DNA of 44,958 nucleotides. Origin: Bacteroidota bacterium. Its GTDB lineage: Bacteria > Bacteroidota > Bacteroidia > NS11-12g > UBA955. The DNA lies in NCBI GenBank assembly GCA_016868535.1, contig VGGQ01000004.1:1-44958 (forward strand), given 5' to 3'. Shown piece by piece: positions 1 through 8,517 of this stretch. A program made the translations under genes and the position numbers. The number at the start of each line of letters is the position of its first letter. Position 1 is the first letter of the stretch. The notes beneath the pieces are model-generated. The model had not been told where the DNA came from. It did not search any database and was given only the letters and a program-made list of their open reading frames with translations.

Positions 1-9
1 TTTACACTT

Positions 10-86
10 GCCACTAACTTGCCTATACCCGCTACTTTATATCGCCAATAACACCTTTTTGGGTGTATTGGCGCTACTCAGTAGCG
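10..86 (-). mobile_element. attI-like recombination site A (core GTTAGTGGC on - strand, preceded by hairpin CGCCAATA..TATTGGCG)
   Basis: - strand reads ATAGGCAAGTTAGTGGC (core 18-10), matching ATAAGYAAGTTA at 7005 and 9901; inverted repeat 43-73 with outer CGCTAC/GTAGCG (30-35/81-86). Confidence 0.45.
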
Positions 87-120
87 TATTATTTTCAAAC
101 ATACTGAACAAATTAAGTTT

Positions 121-297
121 TCACAAATTGTCGAACGGACTGTGGATGTTGCGCAAACCTTCGGTGCTTACATTAAGATTCTTTGTCATCCATACTTGGT
201 TGCCAATGGTTATTTCTGTTGATGCACCGCCACCACAAGAACTTACCATCATTGCAGTCAACACAACTGCACTTAAAATTAAGCTTACATGTTTCAT
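121..297 (-). pseudogene. Truncated FISUMP-domain (Fibrobacter major paralogous family) lipoprotein
   Basis: Lipobox VSSC, then TIGNQVWMTKNLNVST, the typical FISUMP N-terminal motif; similarity is lost at ~165 and the frame stops at 121. Confidence 0.7.
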
Positions 298-308
298 TTT
301 TATATGTT

Positions 309-404
309 TCAAATTGTCAAATAAATTAACTTGGGTTTGCCGCAGCTTACTATTAAAGCAGAAAGCAATAAAGTGGTAGCTAATATGGAGAATAGTTTTT
401 TCAT
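309..404 (-). pseudogene. Orphan lipoprotein signal-peptide remnant (31 aa)
   Basis: MKKLFSILATTLLLSALIVSC followed by only 10 residues. Confidence 0.45.
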
Positions 405-469
405 ACAACAAACATAGCAATTACCAGTTGTTTTAAAAGTACTTACGTGTAATAGAATAAAAACTCCCA

Positions 470-550
470 CCCGACCATCCATTAAGTCAGGATCGTTGTT
501 TCCAAACAAAACGATTTCATTGAATTCGCCTGGTTGTTTGGAAACAGGCG
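470..550. other. Structured non-coding element with a perfect 13-bp inverted repeat and alternative hairpins
   Basis: TGTTTCCAAACAA (497-509) / TTGTTTGGAAACA (534-546); each arm also lies inside its own stem (ATCGTT/AACGAT, CGCCTG/CAGGCG). Confidence 0.5.
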
Positions 551-773
551 GTGGCTGTTTTGCAATTCAACATCGGATAGATCTTTAATTTTTTTACATG
601 ATAGACATAAACATGCCTAGACAAAAATAACTTTACAGGGATGCACAGCATCGGCTATATATATTGTTTCCATGAACAGAATTTATCAACATCCATACAA
701 ACCAAAAATAATGTTTCACTTAATATTTGACGGATATTCTAATTAGTAGTATATCAGCAATATGTAATAGACA

Positions 774-794
774 GTTCGATTCCTGGCGGGACCA
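774..794 (+). mobile_element. tRNA 3'-end fragment (probable att site of an integrative element)
   Basis: GTTCGATTCCTGGCGGGACCA = T-loop, 3' T-stem, 3' acceptor strand and discriminator; no 5' half upstream; integrase remnant 110 bp downstream. Confidence 0.75.
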
Positions 795-904
795 CAAAGT
801 AACTTTCGTTTAATTTCGGATTTTTTCTAAATCCTTATTTATCAACATTTTCCATTTCAGAGGTTTTTACAATCTGCCGGGAACTTTCGAAATTTGTTTC
901 ACCT

Positions 905-1072
905 GAGACAAAATCTATCAGTGTTACCTGCTTCCTGAAGCTGCTGAAAACCGACCTAAATCATTAGGTAACTATGGGCAGAATTGTCTATGATCAAAAG
1001 AAAGTACAATTCACCACCGGTATCAGGGTGACAGCAGATACTTGGGACCCTAAAAACCAGCACCTTGAATAA
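905..1072 (+). pseudogene. Tyrosine integrase remnant (Bacteroidota arm-DNA-binding N-terminal domain only)
   Basis: Frame reads ETKSISVTCFLKLLKTDLNH*VTMGRIVYDQKKVQFTTGIRVTADTWDPKNQHLE*; the RI..K...FxTGI.V....WD.K.Q pattern fits Arm-DNA-bind_5; internal stop, no catalytic domain. Confidence 0.7.
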
Positions 1073-1346
1073 CATTCAAGTCGAAAGAATAATCCGTTAC
1101 CGTATAAAACACGGTATGACTATGCAAGAAGTATCAAGAAGAGCCGTTGATGCGTTTTTTAAAATTGAGTATAAAAAAGCTTTATAAAATGCATATTATT
1201 TTAACGCTCTAATAATCTTTTGAATATTTTGGCATCCAGCAACAATATTTGATGTATTCTGTATAGATTTGCCAGTATTAGAAAATTTCAGCGGTCAAAT
1301 TTTATGTGGTTGCTCATAAATCGGGAGACTAATAAATTACGGAACC

Positions 1347-1832
1347 ATGGACCAAGTCAGAAATATAACATTCCAACCTAATACAAACGATTGTATTGTT
1401 TGTGGTTCAAAGTTTGTTTACAAGAGACAATCAATGAAGTATTGCTCTAATGCTTGTAAATGCCAAGCATATCAAGCAAGGCAAAACAATAAACAATCAA
1501 TAAAAGGATTGGACAAAACCCTGGCATTTATGGTTGGTTCCAGGAGTGTCTCAAAGCAAAACATTGTTCCGAAACAAACAACAAAAAGTGGCACATCTTC
1601 AATCGTTCAAGAACAAAGGCAAACAATCAATCAGCAAAAGGCACACATAGAGCACCTTCATAAACAAGCCGAGCAGTTTGTTCAAATGGTTACCTATGAA
1701 ACTAACAAACAGATTAAAGACGCATTAGAACAAGCAAAAAAAGCAATCGCCATGTGCAAGGCATGTATGAAGGAAAATGACAGGCTAAAAGCTGAAAACA
1801 TTAAACTCAAAACGAAGGTTCCTACTAACTAA
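1347..1832 (+). CDS. Hypothetical protein, N-terminal Cys zinc-finger-like motif and C-terminal coiled coil
   Basis: CIVCGSKF..KYCSNACKC; Q/K/E-rich helical tail; TAGATTTG -7 box at 1264-1271. Confidence 0.7.
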   Translation: MDQVRNITFQPNTNDCIVCGSKFVYKRQSMKYCSNACKCQAYQARQNNKQSIKGLDKTLAFMVGSRSVSKQNIVPKQTTKSGTSSIVQEQRQTINQQKAHIEHLHKQAEQFVQMVTYETNKQIKDALEQAKKAIAMCKACMKENDRLKAENIKLKTKVPTN

Positions 1833-2029
1833 AAGAGGTCAAGCTTTTTTATTACTGCGTAATAATGTAATAAAAAATTGATAAAAGTTGACTTTTTTAT
1901 TGACAACGTTAGCGTTAACGCATAACTATTTTTTTAGATGTATTGATTGAAAAAGCAGATGGAAAGAAGAGCCGTTTTTTGTGCATAAAAAGTAGCTTTT
2001 TTTTGTTATGAATATAAAATAAAAAACAT

Positions 2030-2037
2030 TATTTTTG
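2030..2037 (+). promoter_or_regulatory. Bacteroidota -7 promoter box for the kor operon
   Basis: TATTTTTG matches TAnnTTTG, 30 nt before the TTG start. Confidence 0.5.
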
Positions 2038-2067
2038 GAACTATTGAAATTTTAAAAAAAGAAGAAT

Positions 2068-3855
2068 TTGAAACCAACAGATATCAACAATCCGGAGTAT
2101 TTTCATAAAGTAGTCGATTGTCAACACGCTTGTCCGGCACACACTCCTGTTCCCGAATACATAAGGCTTATAGCAGCAGAAAAATATACGGAAGCGTATA
2201 TGATCAATTGGGATTCCAATGTGTTTCCCGGTGTATTGGGTCGTACCTGCGACCGCCCTTGTGAACCTGCCTGCCGCAGAGGGAGGGTAGAGGAGGAGCC
2301 GGTTGCGATTTGCCGTTTAAAACGTGTTGCCGCAGATAATAAAGGCGATGTAAAAAAATATATGCCACAAGGCCCTTTTACATCCAATGGGAAAAAAGTG
2401 GCATTGGTTGGTGCAGGACCTGCTTCCCTTACTGTTGCGCGTGATCTGGCCCCATTAGGTTATGAATTACATTTATATGATGAGCAAAAATCAGGTGGTG
2501 GATTCATGCGTAGTCAGATCCCATCCTTCCGTTTGCCGGAAACTGTTTTAAATGAAGAAGTAAACTTTATTCTTGATCTGGGAATTCACACACATTTCAA
2601 TCAATATGTATCCAGCTTAAAAGAATTATTAAATAAAGATTATGATGCAGTATTTGTGGGGTCGGGTGCTCCAAAGGGTCGTGATCTGGATATTTCTGGT
2701 CGTAAAGAAGCTGCAGCTAATATTCACATCGGTATCACTTGGCTCGCAAATGTAGCGTTTGAGCATACTAAATCCATCGGTAAAAAGGTAATTGTATTAG
2801 GCGGAGGAAATACCGCAATGGATTGTTGCAGAACCTCCCGCAGGTTAGGTGGTGAGCAAGTAAAAGTGATTGTTCGTAGTCCTTTTGCGGAAATGAAAGC
2901 ATCACCTTGGGAAAAGGAAGATGCGATCCATGAGGATATTCCAATTATAGATAACCATGTACCCAAATCATTTGTGGTGGAAAATGGAAAATTAAAAGGA
3001 ATGACTTTCGAAAAAGTACAAGCTGTTTATGAAAATGGAAAACGTAAACTAGTTCCTGTTGGTGGTGAAGATGTATTTTTTGAAGCAGATGATGTATTGG
3101 TGGCTATCGGACAAGAAAATAGTTTTCCCTGGATAGAGCGTGATCTAGGAATTGAATTCGATAAATGGGATATGCCCTTAGTGAATGAAACTACGTTTGT
3201 TTCAACCAATAAAAAAGTATTTTTTGGTGGTGATGCTGCATTCGGACCAAAGAATGTAATCACTGCTGTGGCTCAAGGTCATCAAGCTGCAATTTCTATT
3301 GATTTAATGTGTAGAAATGAAGATCTGCATAAACGCCCTGCCCCGTATGTGAATTTAGTGACCCAAAAAATGGGAATTCATGAATGGGCTTACGATAGTG
3401 CTGTAGTAACAGATAAACGATATGCTGTTCCACAAGCAGATAAAAAAGTTACTTTATCTAACAGAAAAAAAGAAGTTGAATTAGGATTTGACGGTTTAAC
3501 CGGATTTAAAGAAGCTGAACGTTGCTTGAATTGTGATGTTCAAACTGTTTTTTCAACCAGCAAATGCATAGAGTGTGATGCTTGTGTGGATGTTTGTCCT
3601 ACTTCCTGTATCACCTTTACAGTAAATGCGGAAGAAGCAGATCTTCGTGCTAAGCTGAAAGTGCCGGCAAAAAATTTAAATCAAGATTTATATGTGTCGG
3701 ATGTGTTACCAACTGCACGTGTAATGATAAAAGATGAAAATGTTTGTTTGCATTGCGGATTGTGTGCAGAACGCTGTCCTACATCTGCATGGGATATGCA
3801 AAAGTTTTTTTACAATACAACAAAGGCACATACAGGTTGTGTTTCGCATACTTAA
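2068..3855 (+). CDS. GltD-like FAD/NAD(P)-dependent oxidoreductase with N-terminal Fe-S clusters and C-terminal 2x[4Fe-4S] ferredoxin (KorC-like)
   Basis: CQHACPAH, GRTCDRPCEPAC, GAGPAS, GGGNTAMD, CIECDACVDVCP, CLHCGLCAERCP. Confidence 0.93.
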   Translation: MKPTDINNPEYFHKVVDCQHACPAHTPVPEYIRLIAAEKYTEAYMINWDSNVFPGVLGRTCDRPCEPACRRGRVEEEPVAICRLKRVAADNKGDVKKYMPQGPFTSNGKKVALVGAGPASLTVARDLAPLGYELHLYDEQKSGGGFMRSQIPSFRLPETVLNEEVNFILDLGIHTHFNQYVSSLKELLNKDYDAVFVGSGAPKGRDLDISGRKEAAANIHIGITWLANVAFEHTKSIGKKVIVLGGGNTAMDCCRTSRRLGGEQVKVIVRSPFAEMKASPWEKEDAIHEDIPIIDNHVPKSFVVENGKLKGMTFEKVQAVYENGKRKLVPVGGEDVFFEADDVLVAIGQENSFPWIERDLGIEFDKWDMPLVNETTFVSTNKKVFFGGDAAFGPKNVITAVAQGHQAAISIDLMCRNEDLHKRPAPYVNLVTQKMGIHEWAYDSAVVTDKRYAVPQADKKVTLSNRKKEVELGFDGLTGFKEAERCLNCDVQTVFSTSKCIECDACVDVCPTSCITFTVNAEEADLRAKLKVPAKNLNQDLYVSDVLPTARVMIKDENVCLHCGLCAERCPTSAWDMQKFFYNTTKAHTGCVSHT

Positions 3856-3861
3856 AATAAT

Positions 3862-3950
3862 TCCGTGAAACTATGTGTTCACTCTGGTTAACTCCGTAAC
3901 GATAAAATATTACACAGAGATCACTGAGGAGGCCCAGAGAACCACAAGGA
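3862..3950. repeat. Degenerate REP-like intergenic palindrome (CACAGAG-type units)
   Basis: TCCGTGAAACTATGTGTTCACTCTGG ... TTACACAGAGATCACTGAGGAGGCCCAGAGAACCACAAGGA; ~9-nt periodic imperfect inverted units. Confidence 0.45.
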
Positions 3951-3971
3951 AAAAATATTAAAAGAAAAATT

Positions 3972-5813
3972 ATGTCATTAAAAACAGATAAGGTAAACGA
4001 TTTCGTGGTACGATTTGCAAATGTGAATGGAACGGGTTCTGCCAGTGCAAACTTTCTTTTTACAAAATCAATTTTCAGGATGGGAATTCCTGTAACACCC
4101 AAAAATATTTTTCCTTCTAACATACAAGGTTTACCAACTTGGTATGAAGTTCGTGTAAATGAACAAGGATACCTTGGCCGCAGAGAAGGTATTGATCTGA
4201 TGGTGGCGGTGAATCCTCAGAGTATGTTGAAAGATGTGCAAGATGTTAAGATAGGAGGGTACTTTTTATACGATAGCTCAAAACCTTTACATAGTGAGTA
4301 CATCCGTAGAGACATCAATTACCTCCCTATTCCTTTGATGCAAATGTGCAATGAAGCATATACGGATGCTCGCCAACGACAATTATTTAAAAACATTATT
4401 TACGTTGGTGTGCTTTCCGCTTTGTTAGACATTGAGTTTAAAATACTGGAAGATCTGTTGGCGGAACAATTTAAAGGAAAAGAAAAATTAATTCCGGCCA
4501 ACGTAAAAGCATTGCAATTGGGGGTTGATTATGTTCACAAAAATTTTAAATATCCATTAGAAATTCGTGTTGAAAGAAGAAATTTGGTGGGTGATTGTAT
4601 AATGATGGAAGGTAATGCTGCCTGTGGTTTAGGAGCTGTTTATGCCGGAGCTACAGTAGCTGCATGGTATCCTATCACCCCATCTACATCAGTTGTTGAA
4701 GCATTTAGTGACTATGCTGCCGAACTTCGTGTGGACAAAATTACCGGTAAAAATAATGTAGCAATTATTCAGGCTGAAGATGAGTTAGCAGCCATAGGAA
4801 TCGTAATTGGCGCCAACTGGAATGGCGCACGTTCATTTACTGCAACCAGCGGACCCGGTGTTTCATTGATGAATGAATTTTTAGGCCTGGCTTATTTTGC
4901 AGAAATACCAACAGTATTAATTGATGTACAACGAACAGGCCCATCAACCGGAATGCCTACACGTACACAACAATCAGATATATTGGAGGCAGCTTATGCA
5001 TCACATGGTGATACAAAACACGTTTTACTTTTCCCATCAACACCAACCGAATGTTTTGAAATGACTGCTGATTCATTTGATCTTGCAGAACAATTGCAAA
5101 CACCGGTTATTTTAATGACTGATTTGGATCTTGGAATGAATGATCACGTTACAAAAGCATTGAGCTGGGATGATAAACGTGGTTACAAAAGAGGCAAAGT
5201 ATTGGATGCTGCCGCTCTTGAAAAATTAGAAAAATTCGGGCGCTATTTGGATGTAGATAAAGATGGAATTCCTTATCGTACCATTCCCGGAACACATCCT
5301 ACAAGAGGTTCATATTTTACACGAGGAACTTCACGTGATGAATATGCAGTTTATACTGAGGATAGTGCCGCATATAAACGTAATATGGATCGTTTGATCC
5401 GTAAATGGAACACAGCCAAAGATATGGTGCCTGCACCTCAGCTATATCAGAAAAAAAATAAATCCAAATATGGTATTTTATTTTTTGGAACTTCTACCTA
5501 TTCTGCACAGGAAGCAATGGATATTTTAGAAGAAGAAGATGTAATTGTTGATGCTATTCGTTTAAAAGCATTTCCATTTAATCAAACAGTTGAGGACTTT
5601 ATAAATTCACATGATAAGGTATTTGTAATAGAACAAAATCGCGATGCACAATTAAAAAGTTTAATGATGATTGAATTACACGCTGATCCTAATAAATTGA
5701 TCTCTGTGTTGAATTATGATGGTATGCCGATAACAGCTGATAACATTTTGAAACAGATTACATCGAATTTATCAGAAAATAATATTAACCGCAAAGTCGC
5801 AGAGGTGCGATGA
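3972..5813 (+). CDS. korA: 2-oxoacid:acceptor oxidoreductase alpha subunit
   Basis: Fused gamma domain (NGTGSAS), YPITPS, QAEDELAA, TSGPG, QRTGPSTGMPT. Confidence 0.95.
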   Translation: MSLKTDKVNDFVVRFANVNGTGSASANFLFTKSIFRMGIPVTPKNIFPSNIQGLPTWYEVRVNEQGYLGRREGIDLMVAVNPQSMLKDVQDVKIGGYFLYDSSKPLHSEYIRRDINYLPIPLMQMCNEAYTDARQRQLFKNIIYVGVLSALLDIEFKILEDLLAEQFKGKEKLIPANVKALQLGVDYVHKNFKYPLEIRVERRNLVGDCIMMEGNAACGLGAVYAGATVAAWYPITPSTSVVEAFSDYAAELRVDKITGKNNVAIIQAEDELAAIGIVIGANWNGARSFTATSGPGVSLMNEFLGLAYFAEIPTVLIDVQRTGPSTGMPTRTQQSDILEAAYASHGDTKHVLLFPSTPTECFEMTADSFDLAEQLQTPVILMTDLDLGMNDHVTKALSWDDKRGYKRGKVLDAAALEKLEKFGRYLDVDKDGIPYRTIPGTHPTRGSYFTRGTSRDEYAVYTEDSAAYKRNMDRLIRKWNTAKDMVPAPQLYQKKNKSKYGILFFGTSTYSAQEAMDILEEEDVIVDAIRLKAFPFNQTVEDFINSHDKVFVIEQNRDAQLKSLMMIELHADPNKLISVLNYDGMPITADNILKQITSNLSENNINRKVAEVR

Positions 5814-5848
5814 AAATAATCTCTGCGCCTTAGCGTATACGGGGTAAA
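5788..5848. repeat. REP-like hairpin overlapping the korA stop
   Basis: ACCGCAAAGTCGCAGAG ... CTCTGCGCCTTAGCG imperfect inverted repeat. Confidence 0.45.
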
Positions 5849-5869
5849 AAAATAAACAAAAAAAAGACT

Positions 5870-6922
5870 ATGAGTTACATTAGACCCAAATTCCGCCACC
5901 CTGAGTTACCTAAAAATAAATTAGGTTATACCATTGATTATTATGAGGGTTCTCTTTCTACACTATGTGCTGGTTGCGGACACGATTCAATTACTGCCGG
6001 TATTATACAGGCGGCATTCGAATTAAATATTGAACCTCACAAGCTTGCAAAACTTTCAGGGATCGGTTGTTCGTCTAAAACACCCGCTTATTTATTAAGC
6101 AACTCTCATGGATTTAATTCTGTTCATGGACGTATGCCTTCTGTTGCTACCGGAGCCAATTTAGCGAATCGTGATTTGATTTATTTTGGTGTTTCCGGTG
6201 ATGGTGATTCTGCAAGTATTGGAATGGGACAATTTGTTCACGTGATCAGAAGAAGTTTAAACATGACCTACATTGTAATGAACAATGGTTGTTATGGATT
6301 AACAAAAGGTCAAGACTCTGCAACTGCTGATCAGGGTTCAAAAAATAAAACCGGACACATAAATTTTTTTGAATCCATCGATCTGGCGAGTTTAGCAATT
6401 GAACTGGGTGCAACATTTGTGGCTCAAAGTTTTTCAGGCGATAAAGCTCAATTAGTGCCGCTAGTGAAAGCTGCGATGAAACATCCTGGCTTTGCATTCA
6501 TCAATGTAATTTCACCTTGTGTAACATTCAATAATAATGTGGGTTCCACCAAATCATACGATTATGTTCGTCATCATACAGAAGCAACTGCTACCCTTGA
6601 TTTTGTTCCGGAAATGGCTGAGATCACAACTAGTTATGATGAAGGAACTGTAAAGCATGTAAAGATGCATGATGGTACTACAATCAAATTGAATAAACTT
6701 GCACAAGAGTGGGATCCATTGGATAGACAATCTGCAGTTAATGCAGTGATTAATGCAAAAGCGAAAAATGAAATTCTTACCGGACTATTGTATATGAATC
6801 CTGATGCAAATGATTTACATCATTTGATTAAAACTAGCGATACTCCTTTAAATTCACTAACCAAAGATGTTCTTTGTCCCGGCTCATCAGTATTGAAAGA
6901 AATTAATGCAGGGTTGAGGTAA
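5870..6922 (+). CDS. korB: 2-oxoacid:ferredoxin oxidoreductase beta subunit (TPP-binding)
   Basis: LCAGCGH, SGIGCS, HGR, GDGD...NNGCYGLTKGQ, SPCVTFN. Confidence 0.95.
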   Translation: MSYIRPKFRHPELPKNKLGYTIDYYEGSLSTLCAGCGHDSITAGIIQAAFELNIEPHKLAKLSGIGCSSKTPAYLLSNSHGFNSVHGRMPSVATGANLANRDLIYFGVSGDGDSASIGMGQFVHVIRRSLNMTYIVMNNGCYGLTKGQDSATADQGSKNKTGHINFFESIDLASLAIELGATFVAQSFSGDKAQLVPLVKAAMKHPGFAFINVISPCVTFNNNVGSTKSYDYVRHHTEATATLDFVPEMAEITTSYDEGTVKHVKMHDGTTIKLNKLAQEWDPLDRQSAVNAVINAKAKNEILTGLLYMNPDANDLHHLIKTSDTPLNSLTKDVLCPGSSVLKEINAGLR

Positions 6923-7004
6923 TATAATCAATCGTTATTTTTTATAAGTTTGTCACGAATTGGTCCCGCAATATTAGGATTCGCACCTACTGGGGGATTA
7001 TAGG

Positions 7005-7076
7005 TAACTTGCTTATTGGCGAACAAATTTGCACATATAATCCTCCTAATCAAATATTTTGTGCAACAAAATTGCC
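7005..7076 (-). mobile_element. attI-like recombination site B (near copy of site C)
   Basis: TAACTTGCTTATTGGCG-AACAAATTTGCACATAT-N15-ATATTTTGTGCAA..ATTGCC aligns with 9901-9974. Confidence 0.55.
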
Positions 7077-7129
7077 CCTCTGCAGAGCAAATATACTTGG
7101 ATTTATTACAAAGTCAAAGCCCCCTTAGC

Positions 7130-7420
7130 GTCCCTTAATTGCCGTTCAACCCGTTATAGAATCGCCCACAAAGGCCCCATTTACATGTTTGATTCGCTGG
7201 GCGACCACAACGCATTCAACACTTGTATATCGCCTTTAAACATGTCTTCAGACCAGCATACAGTCTGTCGTTGGCTTCTCAAATGCCTTGTTCAGCCGCA
7301 GGACGCAATGAATCGGCGTTTCCAATGTCAGTAATCTGCGCTTTTTCGGTGCTCACTGAGTTGCAGGTTGCCAGTGCTATGGCCAGGCCTAAGGTGAGGG
7401 TCAAAATGGGAATTGTTTTT
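7130..7420 (-). pseudogene. Decayed SnoaL/NTF2-like lipoprotein
   Basis: Signal LAIALATC, then EANDRLYAGL / MFKGDIQVLNALWS / MGP / ITG*TAIK across several stops and frameshifts. Confidence 0.6.
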
Positions 7421-7451
7421 TAATCATTCCGAGTATTTATTTTGGTTAAGG

Positions 7452-7994
7452 TTATTGCACCTTTACGTCGGTGGTGGCCACAGCCACTATTTCGTTGTTC
7501 ATGATCACCGGAACTGCGCGTGTTCTCATCCACACTTCGCCACCTCCGGCATCAAAATAAGGCTTGGTCCAAATGGCATATCCACTGTCTACAGGCATGC
7601 GCAGCCAGGCTTGTTCGTCTATTTTATAGGCCGAGTCGGCCAAGTTTTTCATAGCCAGGGTATCGTTTAGGCGGTACCAATACGGGCTGTAGTAAACCTT
7701 TCCAGCGCTATCCAATAGCGCCACGGTTGCCCCAAAGAAACTCGGCGATTGGGCCGCCAGATAATCCCTTACCCGATTGGAAAGGCCGGTAGAATCAAGG
7801 GGATGGGCCTGCAAATCCACCACAAAGGCGTCCAAAGCAACTTCGTAAGCCAACAACGGATTTCGGTCATTCTCCTTTTTGCATGCCACCAATAGCAGCA
7901 GCGCCAACACAGCTTGGGACATGGTCCGCAGCAATCCTTTTGTTCGGTGGATGGCGGAGCATACTCCGTTCGCAGTCGTTTTCAGTGTTTTCAT
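7452..7994 (-). CDS. Stand-alone Cache/PDC-domain lipoprotein
   Basis: Lipobox LLVAC; WTKPYFDAGGG..MRTRAVPV....IVAVATTDV Cache motif; true start may be the second Met (MSQAV). Confidence 0.8.
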   Translation of the reverse strand: MKTLKTTANGVCSAIHRTKGLLRTMSQAVLALLLLVACKKENDRNPLLAYEVALDAFVVDLQAHPLDSTGLSNRVRDYLAAQSPSFFGATVALLDSAGKVYYSPYWYRLNDTLAMKNLADSAYKIDEQAWLRMPVDSGYAIWTKPYFDAGGGEVWMRTRAVPVIMNNEIVAVATTDVKVQ

Positions 7995-8058
7995 AGCGTT
8001 TAGGAGTTTTGTTCTCGAATATTTCGTGTCAATACATTTTTTTAATTTCTTCTCATAA

Positions 8059-8102
8059 GGCTTTTCGGAATACCCCTCATTTTCTGGAGTGGGTTCTGGA
8101 CT
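8059..8102 (-). repeat. 44-bp intergenic hairpin motif, copy 1
   Basis: 36/44 identical to 9062-9105. Confidence 0.7.
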
Positions 8103-8118
8103 GCGTTTGTTTGCTAAA

Positions 8119-8412
8119 TTATTTGCAATTGCCCATTTCTTTCAATAAGGCTTCAGCAAATTTTTCCTTATCAGAGTCAGAAGTGTATTTCCCTTCCAAT
8201 TCTTTTGATAAACTTTCCGCTTCAGAAGTCAACTTTGTGCTTTCTTCCATTACGGACATATCACCAGATGTTACTCTCTGCATTAGTTTTTGAGCTTTGC
8301 ATTGAAGTTCTGCAACTCTTTTAGCATCTCTTTCAATAGATCCACCTCCGCAGCTTGTTAAAATTGTTGAAGCAAATAAGATTGCTCCGAAAATTGTCAT
8401 TACTTTTCTCAT
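8119..8412 (-). CDS. Small helical lipoprotein, hypothetical
   Basis: Lipobox LTSC; two further Cys (LQC, GNC) could form a disulfide. Confidence 0.8.
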   Translation of the reverse strand: MRKVMTIFGAILFASTILTSCGGGSIERDAKRVAELQCKAQKLMQRVTSGDMSVMEESTKLTSEAESLSKELEGKYTSDSDKEKFAEALLKEMGNCK

Positions 8413-8517
8413 TTTTATATTTTATTAAGAAATATCCATTAAAATTTATCTTCTCTAACCAACTTTGCTGATAGAGGGTCTAAAGATTTGTATTTTGATT
8501 TTTATTATTTCAATTGC

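Noticed and set aside
6961-6983. Possible inverted copy of the tRNA att fragment (GCGGGACCA on the minus strand)
   Set aside because: Only 9 nt match exactly and the T-arm spacing is broken; cannot be separated from chance.
8445-8470. GTTAGAG on the minus strand before the 97-aa lipoprotein as another cassette core
   Set aside because: No partner arm or hairpin is visible upstream.
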